Shown here: positions 1-13,052 of the stretch, piece by piece
Position numbering within the stretch: position 1 is the stretch's first letter
Layout: the number at the start of each line of letters is the position of its first letter
DNA from: Bdellovibrionales bacterium
GTDB lineage: Bacteria; Bdellovibrionota; Bdellovibrionia; Bdellovibrionales; UBA1609
Assembly: GCA_027317865.1 (NCBI GenBank)
Contig: DAHVQG010000008.1
Location: 91,451-155,450, forward strand
Reading direction: 5' to 3'
DNA: 64,000 nucleotides
Translations under genes and position numbers: made by a program
Notes under the pieces: generated by a model
The model's input: the letters and a program-made list of their open reading frames with translations, nothing else
What the model was told of the DNA's origin: nothing
Databases searched by the model: none

Positions 1-48
1 AAGCGTTAAATGTGTAATCACTTGTCCGGCACTAGTTGTGATGGGCAT
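1..48 (-). CDS. nuoK: Probable 5' end of NADH-quinone oxidoreductase subunit K (truncated by window edge)
   Basis: Read by hand: ATG at 48 with GGAGG upstream gives MPITTSAGQVITHLTL..., overlapping the nuoJ 3' end. Identity comes from position after nuoJ only. Confidence 0.55.
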   Translation of the reverse strand, partial: MPITTSAGQVITHLTL

Positions 49-568
49 GTGTACCTCCACGAGAACGTGCGACCGCGACAACTCCGACCGCGACAACAAG
101 AAGCAACACGCCTAACGCCTCAAAGGCGAGTACGTATTGAGTAAAGAGCCGAAGTGCCAGACTTTTTATAATTTCAATTTGCTCGGCGGGGGTGGGTAGC
201 GCTGTTGAAACGTTGAGCGCAATAACCCCCTCACGAATGGCTAACGCGAGCGCACCGACAAACAAAAGCGCGCAAACAAATTTAAGGAGCACACTAAATT
301 TACTCCCAGAAAATGCCGCGATTTCTTTTCGTAGGTCAAACATCATGAGGACCATGACGAACAAAACCATTACAGCGCCAGCGTAAACGATGAGCTGCAC
401 TCCGGCGATAAAATACGCCTGCAAAAGAAAGTACATGAACCCGAGACCAAGCATTGTAACCGCGAGCGAAAGTGCCGCGTAAATGGGGTTGGGCAATATC
501 ACAACTGCGGCAGAAAAAACGACGATAAGAAACGCCAAAACCAGAAATAAAATCGTCGATAAATCCAT
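32..568 (-). CDS. nuoJ: NADH-quinone oxidoreductase subunit J
   Basis: Hydrophobic, with QLIVYAGAVMVLFVMVLMM and FEALGVLLLV motifs. Start taken at 568, overlapping the nuoH stop (TAATG). Confidence 0.93.
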   Translation of the reverse strand: MDLSTILFLVLAFLIVVFSAAVVILPNPIYAALSLAVTMLGLGFMYFLLQAYFIAGVQLIVYAGAVMVLFVMVLMMFDLRKEIAAFSGSKFSVLLKFVCALLFVGALALAIREGVIALNVSTALPTPAEQIEIIKSLALRLFTQYVLAFEALGVLLLVVAVGVVAVARSRGGTHAHHN

Positions 569-1719
569 TAGTGTGCTCCCATCAAAAGCATCCATCCGCC
601 CGTCAGAATAACGTTAAAAAGCGCCCACGGTAGCATGGTCTTCCAACCAAGATCCATAAGCTGGTCGTAGCGAAAGCGGGGGAGGGTCCAGCGCACCCAT
701 ATGAACACCCACAAGAAAAAGAGAACTTTGATGAAAAACACTATAAATAATACGATAGACGTTAAAATTGCGATTGGATTGGCGCCCCAATGAACCCATG
801 TTGCAATTTGATTATGCACTTGTTCAACCGTAAGACCCGGAATCAAATATCCGCCAAAATAAAACGTCACCATAAGCGCTGAACTCACAAGCATGTGCCC
901 ATATTCGCCGATGTAAAACATGAGCATTTTAAGGCCGCCGTACTCGGTGTGGTAACCGGCAACGAGTTCGCCCTCGGCCTCAGGCAAATCAAACGGCAAT
1001 CGATTTGTTTCGGCAAATGTTGCGGCAAAAAACAAAATGGCGCCTAAAGGTTGATAAAAAATACCCCAATTCAGCGCCGGCACATGAAAATGCATGCCAA
1101 GAAAGGAGGTGAGCGGCGCGCTTTGAAAGTGTACCATTTGCGAAAAATCAAACGTGCCAAAAACCATAATCGCGCCAACAAGCGATAGCCCCAGGGCCAG
1201 TTCGTAGCTGATCGTTTGTGCGCTGGCCCTCAACGCACCCATTAAAGAATATTTATTTGACGACCCCCATCCGGCCATCAAAAGCGAATAAGCGCCAAGA
1301 GATGAAACGCCCAACACAAACACAATCCCAACGCCAAAATGAAAGCTTTGAAATTCAAAATTATAGGGTCCGAATTTATGCCCATTCCATAAAAATTGGC
1401 TGATGTGTATCGGCGCAGAAAGCGGAATTGATGCGAATGCCAAGGCCGCCGGCACAAGGGCTAATACTGGGGCAGCATAAAAGACAAGCCCCAAGCCTCG
1501 TTCTGGTAAAAATTCTTCTTTTTGTAAAAATTTAACCGCATCGGCCAATAATTGCATGAGCCCCAAAGGTCCGACACGATTTGGGCCCAGCCGCGACTGA
1601 ATGAAAGCAGATCCTCGCCGCTCAACCCATACAAGAATGGGCACAAGCTGCACCATCAATAGAAAAATGGCGAGCATTTTGACCGTATTTATCGTTATCT
1701 CAAAAAAATCTTGCCCCAT
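568..1719 (-). CDS. nuoH: NADH-quinone oxidoreductase subunit H
   Basis: ERR...RLGPNRVGP, LRASAQTISYE, ETNRLPFDLPEAEGELVAGYHTEY and PRFRYDQLM motifs. Confidence 0.97.
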   Translation of the reverse strand: MGQDFFEITINTVKMLAIFLLMVQLVPILVWVERRGSAFIQSRLGPNRVGPLGLMQLLADAVKFLQKEEFLPERGLGLVFYAAPVLALVPAALAFASIPLSAPIHISQFLWNGHKFGPYNFEFQSFHFGVGIVFVLGVSSLGAYSLLMAGWGSSNKYSLMGALRASAQTISYELALGLSLVGAIMVFGTFDFSQMVHFQSAPLTSFLGMHFHVPALNWGIFYQPLGAILFFAATFAETNRLPFDLPEAEGELVAGYHTEYGGLKMLMFYIGEYGHMLVSSALMVTFYFGGYLIPGLTVEQVHNQIATWVHWGANPIAILTSIVLFIVFFIKVLFFLWVFIWVRWTLPRFRYDQLMDLGWKTMLPWALFNVILTGGWMLLMGAH

Positions 1720-1730
1720 GTTTTATTTGA

Positions 1731-2102
1731 TTATTCCCACTCAAGCGCGTGCGATTTGATTTCCCAAAATAAACCAAAAATAAAAATCAGTAAAAATACC
1801 CCCATCACGCCTGCAATATACGGGCCCGCGCCTCGTGATGCAAAATCGCGAAACGACACTGCCCATGGGTACATAAATATAATTTCGATATCAAAAAGAA
1901 TAAAAAGTATTGCGGTTAGATAAAATTTAACTGGAATTTTCGTGTTTCCCGTCACTTGCTCCGGTAAGCCGCACTCGTAAGCTTCTGATTTAACTTTGCT
2001 CGGCTTGGCTCGGGAGCTGAGAAGCCCCGCCACAAGAAGAAGCACAGAGCCAAAAATAATGACAAATAATAAGAGCACCAACGCTGCAAACAATGGCATC
2101 AT
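1731..2102 (-). CDS. nuoA: NADH-quinone oxidoreductase subunit A
   Basis: YECG, FYLTAILFILFDIEIIFMYPWA and C-terminal ALEWE. Confidence 0.96.
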   Translation of the reverse strand: MMPLFAALVLLLFVIIFGSVLLLVAGLLSSRAKPSKVKSEAYECGLPEQVTGNTKIPVKFYLTAILFILFDIEIIFMYPWAVSFRDFASRGAGPYIAGVMGVFLLIFIFGLFWEIKSHALEWE

Positions 2103-2227
2103 GAAAATTCTCGCTGTTTATGTCCCTTCTGTTATACAAATGGTCATCGACTTCTCCAACCAAATGATTTTGTGCGGCGGGCTATTTTTCTTCCGATGTC
2201 TGCTCCCTCTCACGATTTATTTTTGCT

Positions 2228-5200
2228 ATGCTACAGTTTCGCGTGCCAAATCGACTCAATCCGGCTGCTGTTGAAGTTGAGCCCCTAACGCTCGACACGA
2301 TTGCAAGCCTCTCGCGTGCCCTTGAAGTTCGAGCCCCGCCCATCCATTTGGCGGGAGTGCACTCGTGTGCCTCGCTTGGCCTTCTCTTGTCCCAGACACA
2401 TTCCGGCCGGCCTGCAAAGCGACCTCTCGTGATTGTAACCCCTGATCATGAAACAGCCGAGCGGCTTATGCAGTCGATCGAGTTTTTTGATCCTTTTCGA
2501 CCCATTCATTTACTGCCGGCTTTTGACGTTGATCCGTACAGTGGTCTTTACCCAAACCCGCGCGTCATTGCTTCGCGCTTAAGATGGCTCTACCAGGCGA
2601 CTCGCGCATACGAAGGCGAGATTTTTGTCGCTTCAGTTGAAGCGTTAATGCAAAAAACCTTGCCGTTTCAGGTTTTCAATTCGTCGACGCGCGTAATCGA
2701 ACGCGGCTCCGAGCTACCGAAAGATTTTGCCTCTTATCTGGCCGCACTTGGTTATACGTCAGTTCCAACAGTTGAAGATGTGGGTTCGTTTACCCTCCGG
2801 GGCGGTGTAATCGATATTTTTTCGCCCGCACACTCCTACCCCGTGCGTCTTGAGCTTTTCGGCGACACCGTTGAGACACTTCGCTTTTTTGATCCCTCGA
2901 CGCAGTTAAGCCTTGAAAATTCGGCATTTATTGAAAAAGCTGCCGCAGCCGTGCTTTTGCCCGCACGTGAAGTCCTCTATTCTGATGATAATCGGCAGCG
3001 CCTCGCACGCGCCCTTTCACAAGACTCGGCCGTCCACGCGAGCTCACAAGAGGCACGCCGCGAAGTACTTCGCGCCATCACTCAAGGTCAGCCCTTTTAT
3101 GGCATCGATTATTTGATTCCATTTTTTTATGAAAACCCTGACTCTCCTCTGCAGTTCTTTTCTTGCCCCGTCGACTATTGGATCTTTCACGAGCTTGAAG
3201 CCACGCGCAAGGCAGACGAAGTATTTGCGCGGTTAAAAAAGGGATTTACCGAGTCGCACTCCAGTCACTTTCAAATACCGGTAGAAAAGCTCTATGTAGA
3301 ATTTGAAAAACTTGAGCTGCCACCGGAATCAACTTCCATTTACATCAACACCACAGTTCTTGGCCAAAATCACGAGGATGCGCCTCTTGAAATGACCACC
3401 TTTTCATTACAAGATTTTGCCGCAAACGCCCAACCGCTTGTCACTAAAATTGATCAGCTTAGCCAATATTTGGGCGGCAAATTTCAAGAATGGCAAGATC
3501 TTCACTACCGCGTCTTCGTCGCGTGCAATACGCAAAGCTCCCTTGAAAGACTAAAAGCTCTTTTTGAAAAGGCGAATATTCCCACGCTCGCGGTAAACAG
3601 TGACGTTTACACATGGTCGCAAACGTTGGAGCAAATGGCGCGTGCGCCGGTCGTGGCACTTGTGGCGCGGCGGTTGCCCGAATCATTTCGAATTCCGAGT
3701 GAACACTTTGTTTTTTTACGAGATGAGGATATTTGGGGTAAGCGCGGCCTTAGACGGCAAAACATTCAACCGGATATGGAGGCGCCACTTGCGCGCTCTC
3801 AAGCGCTCAGTTTTGGAGATCTTAACCCAGGAGATCTTGTTGTTCATCGCGTGCACGGTGTCGCTCGTTACGAAGGTTTAAAAGTCATGCGCATAGAGGG
3901 TGCTGAAGCCGAATTTATTGAGCTTGGGTATCGCGACGGTGATCGTTTGTATTTGCCAATTTATCGAATCGGCCAGCTGCACAAATTCGTAGGGCCATCG
4001 GGCGATCACATGATTGATAAGCTCGGCACGAATTCTTGGAGCAAGGCCAAAACCAAAGTACGAAGCCACCTACGTGACATTGCTTCAAAACTTCTCGCGC
4101 TCTATGCAAAACGGGCTGAAATTTACCGGGCTCCGCTTTCGCCGCCTGATAATAATTTTGTTGAGTTCGAAAATTTGTTCCCTTACGACGAAACGCCCGA
4201 TCAACTTCACGCTATCTCGGATATTCTAAATGACTTTCGCAAAGAACGCCCCATGGACCGCCTTATTTGCGGTGACGTCGGCTTTGGCAAAACTGAAGTG
4301 GCGATGCGTGCGGCATTTAAGGTTGTCGAAGATCACAAACAAGTGGCCATCATTGCGCCGACAACTATTTTAACATTTCAACACTATGAAAATTTTAAAA
4401 AGCGCTTCTCCGGTTGGGCAGTTGAAATACGGGAGCTCAACCGATTTGTTTCTTCACGCGATGTTAAAAAAACTCTCGCCGACCTTCGTGACGGCAAGGT
4501 GGATATCGTCATTGGCACGCACCGGCTTTTAAGTCGCGACGTTGAATTTAAAAATTTGGGGCTTCTTATAATTGATGAAGAACAAAAATTTGGGGTGACC
4601 CATAAAGAGCGCCTTCGCCACCTTCGCGAAAACGTAGACACGCTTGCCATGTCGGCCACACCGATTCCCAGAACACTAAACATGAGTCTTGTCGGTATTC
4701 GGGACATGAGTCTTATTAACACTCCACCGGAGGATCGACTGCCCACGCGAACATTTGTCGTGAAATCCGATGACGCCACTATCGCAAAGGCAATCGAAAG
4801 CGAAATCGCGCGCGGTGGCCAGGTATTCTTTTTACATAACCGCGTTCAAACAATTGATGAAGTAGCGGCGCGAATTCGCAAAATTGTTCCCGCTGCTCGC
4901 ATTGCCATCGCGCATGGTCAGATGGAAGAGGATGCTCTTGAAAAGGCAATGCTTAAAGTTTTTCACCACGAAGTAGATGTGCTCATTTGCACCTCTATTA
5001 TCGAATCGGGGATGGATATCCCCCGCGCCAACACGATTCTAATCGATAACGCGCATACCTTTGGCCTCAGTCAACTTTATCAACTTCGCGGCCGCGTGGG
5101 CCGCAGTCACGACCGCGCCTATTGCTATCTCCTTCTGCCGCAAGATCGCCGCATTGACGCTGAAGCTGCCGAGCGCCTTAAAGTTATTCAAGAAAATACA

Positions 5201-5869
5201 GCTCTTGGTAGCGGCATTCGAGTTGCACAATATGATCTTGAGCTGCGCGGGGCTGGCGATATTCTAGGAGAAAGCCAGTCGGGCCACATTAATGCCGTCG
5301 GCTATGAACTTTATTTGGAACTTCTTGAAGAAGCCGTCAGCGCCCAAAAAGGAGATTCGTCAACAGACGCGGAGCTGGAGCCTGAAATGAATTTGCGAAT
5401 TTCGGCGCTCTTTCCTGATACGTATATCCCTGACATTCGCATGCGGCTTTATTATTACAAAGTCTTGTCGCAAATTCGAAGCGAAGAAGATATCGACCGA
5501 ATTGAAGAAGAATTGCGCGACCAGTTTGGGCCTCCGCCCGAGCAAGTTCTCAACTTACTCGGGCTCATGTACATTCGCCGCCTGTGTCGTGATTTAGGTG
5601 TGCGAGATATCAGTGCAAGTAAATTGTCACTGACTCTTTCATTCACAGAAAAAACTACGCTGCCGACGGATGAGATTATCCGGCTTACCACAAGAGAAAA
5701 CAAAAAATACCAGTTGGCTCCTGATCAGCGTCTTAAAATCAGAATGAACGAAATCACATGGCCCCGCGTGGTTGATGAGCTATTATCTTTACTCGCCTTG
5801 TGCCCCAATAAATCAGGCGCCGCATCGAGAAGGCTACAGCTCAACACTCAACCCCATGGCAAGGCTTAG
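2228..5869 (+). CDS. mfd: Transcription-repair coupling factor Mfd
   Basis: UvrB-like N-terminus, RID (VHRVHGVARY), GDVGFGKT, DEEQKFG, QLRGRVGR and TRCF C-terminus. Exact start uncertain. Confidence 0.97.
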   Translation: MLQFRVPNRLNPAAVEVEPLTLDTIASLSRALEVRAPPIHLAGVHSCASLGLLLSQTHSGRPAKRPLVIVTPDHETAERLMQSIEFFDPFRPIHLLPAFDVDPYSGLYPNPRVIASRLRWLYQATRAYEGEIFVASVEALMQKTLPFQVFNSSTRVIERGSELPKDFASYLAALGYTSVPTVEDVGSFTLRGGVIDIFSPAHSYPVRLELFGDTVETLRFFDPSTQLSLENSAFIEKAAAAVLLPAREVLYSDDNRQRLARALSQDSAVHASSQEARREVLRAITQGQPFYGIDYLIPFFYENPDSPLQFFSCPVDYWIFHELEATRKADEVFARLKKGFTESHSSHFQIPVEKLYVEFEKLELPPESTSIYINTTVLGQNHEDAPLEMTTFSLQDFAANAQPLVTKIDQLSQYLGGKFQEWQDLHYRVFVACNTQSSLERLKALFEKANIPTLAVNSDVYTWSQTLEQMARAPVVALVARRLPESFRIPSEHFVFLRDEDIWGKRGLRRQNIQPDMEAPLARSQALSFGDLNPGDLVVHRVHGVARYEGLKVMRIEGAEAEFIELGYRDGDRLYLPIYRIGQLHKFVGPSGDHMIDKLGTNSWSKAKTKVRSHLRDIASKLLALYAKRAEIYRAPLSPPDNNFVEFENLFPYDETPDQLHAISDILNDFRKERPMDRLICGDVGFGKTEVAMRAAFKVVEDHKQVAIIAPTTILTFQHYENFKKRFSGWAVEIRELNRFVSSRDVKKTLADLRDGKVDIVIGTHRLLSRDVEFKNLGLLIIDEEQKFGVTHKERLRHLRENVDTLAMSATPIPRTLNMSLVGIRDMSLINTPPEDRLPTRTFVVKSDDATIAKAIESEIARGGQVFFLHNRVQTIDEVAARIRKIVPAARIAIAHGQMEEDALEKAMLKVFHHEVDVLICTSIIESGMDIPRANTILIDNAHTFGLSQLYQLRGRVGRSHDRAYCYLLLPQDRRIDAEAAERLKVIQENTALGSGIRVAQYDLELRGAGDILGESQSGHINAVGYELYLELLEEAVSAQKGDSSTDAELEPEMNLRISALFPDTYIPDIRMRLYYYKVLSQIRSEEDIDRIEEELRDQFGPPPEQVLNLLGLMYIRRLCRDLGVRDISASKLSLTLSFTEKTTLPTDEIIRLTTRENKKYQLAPDQRLKIRMNEITWPRVVDELLSLLALCPNKSGAASRRLQLNTQPHGKA

Positions 5870-6736
5870 CGGGCTCGAAAAATCTTTTTCGTTAGCACCA
5901 GAAGATCCGACACTCATGTACTCGCGCGCTTCAGCAAATAGGTACCAATTTTCAACTCCGGCCTCGTTGTACCCGGCTACAGTTGATCTTGCGTCGAGCC
6001 AATTAAGCTGCAAGAATGCGCCGAACCCCCAATAGGGAGCAAAATTTGTTCTGCCTACGAGTTTCGAATTTCCTTGCGTTTCAGAGTACTGAAATTGATA
6101 CGCCCCACCCATTATGTACGGAGCGATGACCGGCTCGCGCCAAAGAGTATCCATAATGTAGCGAAGACCCAACCGCGTTTCTTGACCAACAAGTGAAGCA
6201 TTGCCAATTTCTATCGATTTTGAAGTCGCGTTGTAATAGCCATAGGCGCCTTCAACGGCTAACGCTCCCAGCGAAAAATTATAGCGGAACATATAAGACG
6301 CTTCGACCATTGGCACCGCCGATGAGCTGTACAGCTGCGAGAAACTTTGTGTCCCTGGACTTAAATAGTCCGTTTGATAATTTACCGGACTGTATTCGCT
6401 TGCCGTCAGAGTAATTTGGCTGTCAAAACGGTTGCGACGAATGCGATAGGGGACAAGACCATATCCAAATGTGTTATTTCCCGGCAAAACCATGTTCGGG
6501 ATTTTTTCAACAAGCTCACGTTTTTTAAGCTCTTCGTAACTAAGCGGCTTTTCCCGATAATTTTCTTGCTCGATTTTTATTTTCTTAATGATTTGTGCGC
6601 GAGACTCGCCGGCAACGTGAAAATACGAAGCCTCGGCATTTGCAACAACGCCTATCGACACAAATCCAATCGTGGCAATGACGAAAATAAATGCAAAACG
6701 TTTCGCAAATAATATCGCGACATTCGCACTTCTCAT
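5834..6736 (-). CDS. Exported hypothetical protein, probable outer-membrane beta-barrel
   Basis: Signal peptide ending ANA/EA, Tyr/Gly-rich alternating strands, C-terminal LAMGLSVEL strand. Confidence 0.6.
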   Translation of the reverse strand: MRSANVAILFAKRFAFIFVIATIGFVSIGVVANAEASYFHVAGESRAQIIKKIKIEQENYREKPLSYEELKKRELVEKIPNMVLPGNNTFGYGLVPYRIRRNRFDSQITLTASEYSPVNYQTDYLSPGTQSFSQLYSSSAVPMVEASYMFRYNFSLGALAVEGAYGYYNATSKSIEIGNASLVGQETRLGLRYIMDTLWREPVIAPYIMGGAYQFQYSETQGNSKLVGRTNFAPYWGFGAFLQLNWLDARSTVAGYNEAGVENWYLFAEAREYMSVGSSGANEKDFSSPLSLAMGLSVEL

Positions 6737-6755
6737 TCATACATTATAGGGTCGG

Positions 6756-7157
6756 CTATTCGACAAGGGCCAGTCGTGCGCTTTCTTTCAAGACTTTGTT
6801 CTGCATAAGAATATATTCATCGGGTGCTAGACCAGCGTCTTGGAGTCTCGACATTGCACGCTTGTATTGTTCTTCAGCACGAAGTTTATCGATTTCTTCC
6901 GGCCATTCGGCGGTGTCTGCTAAAACCGTAACGCCTGTCTGGTTCACTTGTACATAACCCCAGCTAATCGCCGCCTGACGGAATTCACTTTTGCCCTTGA
7001 TCCGTACACGCAGAACTCCCGCATGAAGTGTCGTCATAAGTGGAGCATGCCCCGGCAAAATATCAAGTTCACCGCGATCTGCCGGCACTATGAGCTCATC
7101 GATTTCGACGTCGCTGAGCATTTTCTTATCTGGAGTCACTAAGGTCAGTTTAAACAC
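6756..7157 (-). CDS. atpC: ATP synthase F1 epsilon
   Basis: LTLVTPD, GELDILPGHAP; follows atpD. Confidence 0.96.
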   Translation of the reverse strand: MFKLTLVTPDKKMLSDVEIDELIVPADRGELDILPGHAPLMTTLHAGVLRVRIKGKSEFRQAAISWGYVQVNQTGVTVLADTAEWPEEIDKLRAEEQYKRAMSRLQDAGLAPDEYILMQNKVLKESARLALVE

Positions 7158-7172
7158 TACGGCGCTCCCAAA

Positions 7173-9498
<2,326 letters not shown>

Positions 9499-9508
9499 CG
9501 ACTATTCC

Positions 9509-11035
9509 CTAATTTTCGCTTGATGAGCGAAATACGGCCTTAAATTCGTCCAGCGCTTTTTTTAGCTGCGCTTTTGTTTCGTCTTTTATTGTCTTGTCTT
9601 GAGTGATTTTAGCTAAAACGGCCTGATGTTTTTGACTCAAAAATTCGAGAACCTCTTTGTCGTAACGTTTCACGTCTGCTTCCGGGTAGCCATCAAGGTA
9701 GCCGTTTGTTGCGGCAAAAATTACGACCACTTGATTTTCAACTCGGTAGGGTGAGTATTGCGGTTGTTTTAAGACTTCTACAAGCCTGCGTCCGCGTGCG
9801 AGTTGCGCTTGTGTGGCCGCATCGAGGTCAGACGCGAATGCAGAGAACGCCTCAAGCTCGCGAAACTGGGCCAGTTCAAGTTTCAATGTCCCGGCCACTT
9901 GTTTCATTGCCTTAATTTGTGCCGCTCCGCCAACTCGAGAAACCGATTTGCCCACATCAACGGCCGGCCGTATCCCTTTGTAGAACAGATCGGCAAGAAG
10001 AAAAATCTGGCCATCGGTAATTGAAATTACGTTAGTTGGAATATAGGCCGAAATATCGCCGGCCTGAGTTTCAATAATTGGTAACGCCGTTAGCGATCCG
10101 CCACCCGTTTCAGGACTCATTTTTGCGGCACGCTCAAGAAGGCGCGAGTGAAGATAAAACACATCGCCCGGAAAAGCCTCGCGGCCCGGTGGGCGACGAA
10201 GTAAGAGGGACAACTGACGATAGGCCTGCGCTTGTTTTGTTAAATCGTCATATATAATGAGCGCGTGCTTTCCGGTGTCGCGAAAATACTCGGCCATTGC
10301 ACAGCCAGAAAATGGCGCAAGAAATTGTAGTGGGGCCGGATCTGAAGCCGTAGCCGCGACAACCGTGGTGTATCGCATGGCTCCTGCATTGCGGAGTTTT
10401 TCCACCACTTGTGCTACGGTAGATTTTTTTTGCCCAATGGCCACATAGAAACAGTGAACATTTTGATCGCCTTGATTGATAATCGTATCGATAGCGATCG
10501 CGGTTTTGCCGGTTTGTCGATCGCCAATGATAAGTTCCCTCTGCCCGCGCCCAATTGGAATCATGGAGTCGATGGCTTTGATTCCCGTTTGCATCGGCTC
10601 GCTCACCGGTTGGCGTTTTATGATTCCGGGAGCTTTAATATCCACCACACGAAATTCGGTTGCAGCAATTGGTCCTTTTCCGTCTATCGGAGTCCCCAGC
10701 GCGTCAACTACACGCCCAATCACAGCTTCACCAGCCGGAACCTGCACAATTTTTTTTGTCCGCTTAACGGTATCGCCTTCTTTGATTTCTCGATCTTCGC
10801 CGAAAATCACAATACCAACGGAATCCTGCTCAAGGTTTAAAACCATCCCATAAACCGGCCCCGGAAATTCGACAAGCTCGCCGGCCATTGCGTTATCTAG
10901 GCCAAATACCCGCGCGACGCCATCGCCAACCGACAAGACAGTTCCTGTTTCAGTTATCTCTAGCGTTTTAGAATAGTTTTTTATCTGCTCTTTTAGTACA
11001 CGGCTGATTTCATCTGCCCGAATCGAAATGTTCAT
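9509..11035 (-). CDS. atpA: ATP synthase F1 alpha
   Basis: [31 protein letters not shown]. Confidence 0.99.
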   Translation of the reverse strand: MNISIRADEISRVLKEQIKNYSKTLEITETGTVLSVGDGVARVFGLDNAMAGELVEFPGPVYGMVLNLEQDSVGIVIFGEDREIKEGDTVKRTKKIVQVPAGEAVIGRVVDALGTPIDGKGPIAATEFRVVDIKAPGIIKRQPVSEPMQTGIKAIDSMIPIGRGQRELIIGDRQTGKTAIAIDTIINQGDQNVHCFYVAIGQKKSTVAQVVEKLRNAGAMRYTTVVAATASDPAPLQFLAPFSGCAMAEYFRDTGKHALIIYDDLTKQAQAYRQLSLLLRRPPGREAFPGDVFYLHSRLLERAAKMSPETGGGSLTALPIIETQAGDISAYIPTNVISITDGQIFLLADLFYKGIRPAVDVGKSVSRVGGAAQIKAMKQVAGTLKLELAQFRELEAFSAFASDLDAATQAQLARGRRLVEVLKQPQYSPYRVENQVVVIFAATNGYLDGYPEADVKRYDKEVLEFLSQKHQAVLAKITQDKTIKDETKAQLKKALDEFKAVFRSSSEN

Positions 11036-11586
11036 CGACCTAACACTCCTCTGGTTAATTCTTCTTTAATTTGATTGAGGTGGGAAAAAAGGCTGTCGTC
11101 GAAGGTGAGGCTTCCCACTTGCGCCGCCATGCCGCCCAACATGTGTTCATCTTGGGTGTAGTCCAAAACGACTTTTTTACGACAATATTTTTCAATTGCC
11201 GCCTGTATATCGGCTTTTTCTTTTTCGCTTAGCTCTCCTGCCGAGCGGACGTGCCCTCGCTCGACATGATCAAGTTCGTCTATTTTTGCACGATATGCCT
11301 CGGCAATTTCTTGAATGAGATTAAGTCGGTCTTTCGCGGCCAAAAGCCGAACAAAATCTCGAAACTCCTCTGGGGCTTTTAAGCTTTTAAAAACCTGATT
11401 GAGGGTTTCTTCTTTCTTTTCGGGCGCGATAAGCGGCGTTTCAACAAAGAGCTTCAGCTCTTCGGCAGAATTCAGTGCTCGTGAAAGTTCAAACAACAGG
11501 TCGCCAAACATGTGCCGCGTATGGGAGTCGTCGACCGTGAGAAAAAGTGCTCGTGCATAACGAAACGAAAGTTCAGAAGGCTTCAT
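11032..11586 (-). CDS. atpH: ATP synthase F1 delta
   Basis: RYARALF and LGG...VGS...DDS; position before atpA. Confidence 0.93.
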   Translation of the reverse strand: MKPSELSFRYARALFLTVDDSHTRHMFGDLLFELSRALNSAEELKLFVETPLIAPEKKEETLNQVFKSLKAPEEFRDFVRLLAAKDRLNLIQEIAEAYRAKIDELDHVERGHVRSAGELSEKEKADIQAAIEKYCRKKVVLDYTQDEHMLGGMAAQVGSLTFDDSLFSHLNQIKEELTRGVLGR

Positions 11587-11591
11587 CGTTT

Positions 11592-12083
11592 TTATGTGGC
11601 TTTCACTTTATTAATAAACTCGTCATTTAATTTTGCTCTCAAGTTTTTGTCTGTCCGGCTCTTTAAGAGTGTACTTGCGTACTGTGTTGCTTCATTTACA
11701 ATTTCTAGCCGCAACATATTTGCTGCCCGTTCGAATTCATATTGTGCAATTTCTTGTGCCTCTAAGGCTTGGCGTTCGGCCGTCTTTTTTGCTTCATTAA
11801 TCGTTTTGATTCGCAACTCTTCAGATTCACGTTTTGCGGTATCAATCGCATGGTTTTCAGATTGTTCTAGCTCGCGAAGCTTCAGTTCGGCTTCGCTGTG
11901 GCGCCGTTCGGCCGCCAATTTGGCGCCTTCTGCCTGTTCGCGTGCCGCCGAAAATGTGGATACTTTCTTTTCAAGTAGTTCTTTGATTGGCTTTCGCGTG
12001 AAGTACGCAAGAACTCCGATAAAAACCGCAAAATTAAAGATTTGAGGGAAGATCAGGGACTTCCAAGGAATTTCATTCATCAT
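11592..12083 (-). CDS. atpF: ATP synthase F0 subunit b
   Basis: N-terminal TM (QIFNFAVFIGVLAYF..KP) plus coiled coil. Confidence 0.88.
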   Translation of the reverse strand: MMNEIPWKSLIFPQIFNFAVFIGVLAYFTRKPIKELLEKKVSTFSAAREQAEGAKLAAERRHSEAELKLRELEQSENHAIDTAKRESEELRIKTINEAKKTAERQALEAQEIAQYEFERAANMLRLEIVNEATQYASTLLKSRTDKNLRAKLNDEFINKVKAT

Positions 12084-12541
12084 AGCGCCGCACCTCCGGG
12101 CCCCAGAAGACGATCCGCAATTGCAGCACCAATTTGAGGAGTTTCGCGGGCCAATTGTTCCCGCGCCAGAGTCGCTTCTTCTTGAACATGGAGTCGCGCT
12201 TTTTCAAGTATGCGCTGAATCTGCTCGCGCGATTCGACATAAATTTTGTCCTGTTCGACGGTGGCTTCAAGGCGTGCTTTTTCGTAAATCCCGGCTATTT
12301 TTGAACTGATCTCTCTCGCCTTAATCTGATATGCATTCTCAATTGTTTTAGCTTTCTCAACGAACTGATTTGCCACTTCATTGTTACCGACCGTGGCTGT
12401 TTTTCGCTTTTGGTGAGCGCGATGGTAGGGTTTAAAAACCAAACTCTGCAGAATCAAGTACACAAATATGAAAATAGCCATTTGAATAAATAGCGTGTCG
12501 TTGATTCCAAGGGAGTGAATAATGCTGAGAATGTTATTCAT
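12080..12541 (-). CDS. ATP synthase F0 subunit b'
   Basis: N-terminal TM (FIQMAIFIFVYLIL..FKP) plus coiled coil; tandem with b. Confidence 0.85.
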   Translation of the reverse strand: MNNILSIIHSLGINDTLFIQMAIFIFVYLILQSLVFKPYHRAHQKRKTATVGNNEVANQFVEKAKTIENAYQIKAREISSKIAGIYEKARLEATVEQDKIYVESREQIQRILEKARLHVQEEATLAREQLARETPQIGAAIADRLLGPGGAAL

Positions 12542-12589
12542 CGGCTTCTCTAATAGTTTTCGCCACCGTCGATTTCTTAAGTATTTGGA

Positions 12590-12617
12590 AGTATCCTTGA
12601 ATATAAGCTTCGGTCAA
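12590..12617 (-). promoter_or_regulatory. Candidate sigma70 promoter for the atpF'FHAGDC operon
   Basis: TTGACC-N16-GATACT on the minus strand in the bactofilin-atpF' gap. Confidence 0.4.
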
Positions 12618-12677
12618 GCGTAAACGGGATTTTATAAGAAGGTCTGTTTGGGTTTGTGCTGCCTCTCGATTGAATGC

Positions 12678-13052
12678 TTATTTTTTAGGCATGTACGAGG
12701 CCCCCTCAAAGACGACTCCTTCATCTATTCTAAGGCTTGGGGTTGTCACTGTTCCGGTAAATGTTGCCGGCGGGTGCATGACAACTTTGCGTCTTGCAAA
12801 AATATTGCCCCTAACTACGCCACTAATAATGACCGTTTCCGCTTCAATTTGAGCTTCTACCCGGGCACCCTGATTGATCACAAGGGTATCATTAGTAAAA
12901 ATCTCACCGCGAAATTGTCCCCCAATTCGAACCGTGCCCTCAAACGTAAGGCGGCCGTCAAATGTACAGCCCTGATCGAGAAGCGCTGTCACTTGGCCGG
13001 GGATAACCGCTGGCTGAGCTTCATAACTTTTCAAAACTTGTGTCTCATTCAT
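12678..13052 (-). CDS. Bactofilin (polymer-forming cytoskeletal protein)
   Basis: Beta-helix repeats (FEGTVRIGGQFRGEI, VIISGVVRGNI, IDEGVVFEG). Confidence 0.93.
   Translation of the reverse strand: MNETQVLKSYEAQPAVIPGQVTALLDQGCTFDGRLTFEGTVRIGGQFRGEIFTNDTLVINQGARVEAQIEAETVIISGVVRGNIFARRKVVMHPPATFTGTVTTPSLRIDEGVVFEGASYMPKK

Noticed and set aside
679..686. GGGNAGGG KOPS-like octamer
   Set aside because: Isolated, inside nuoH, and opposite to the orientation expected for this arm; too few sites to infer anything.
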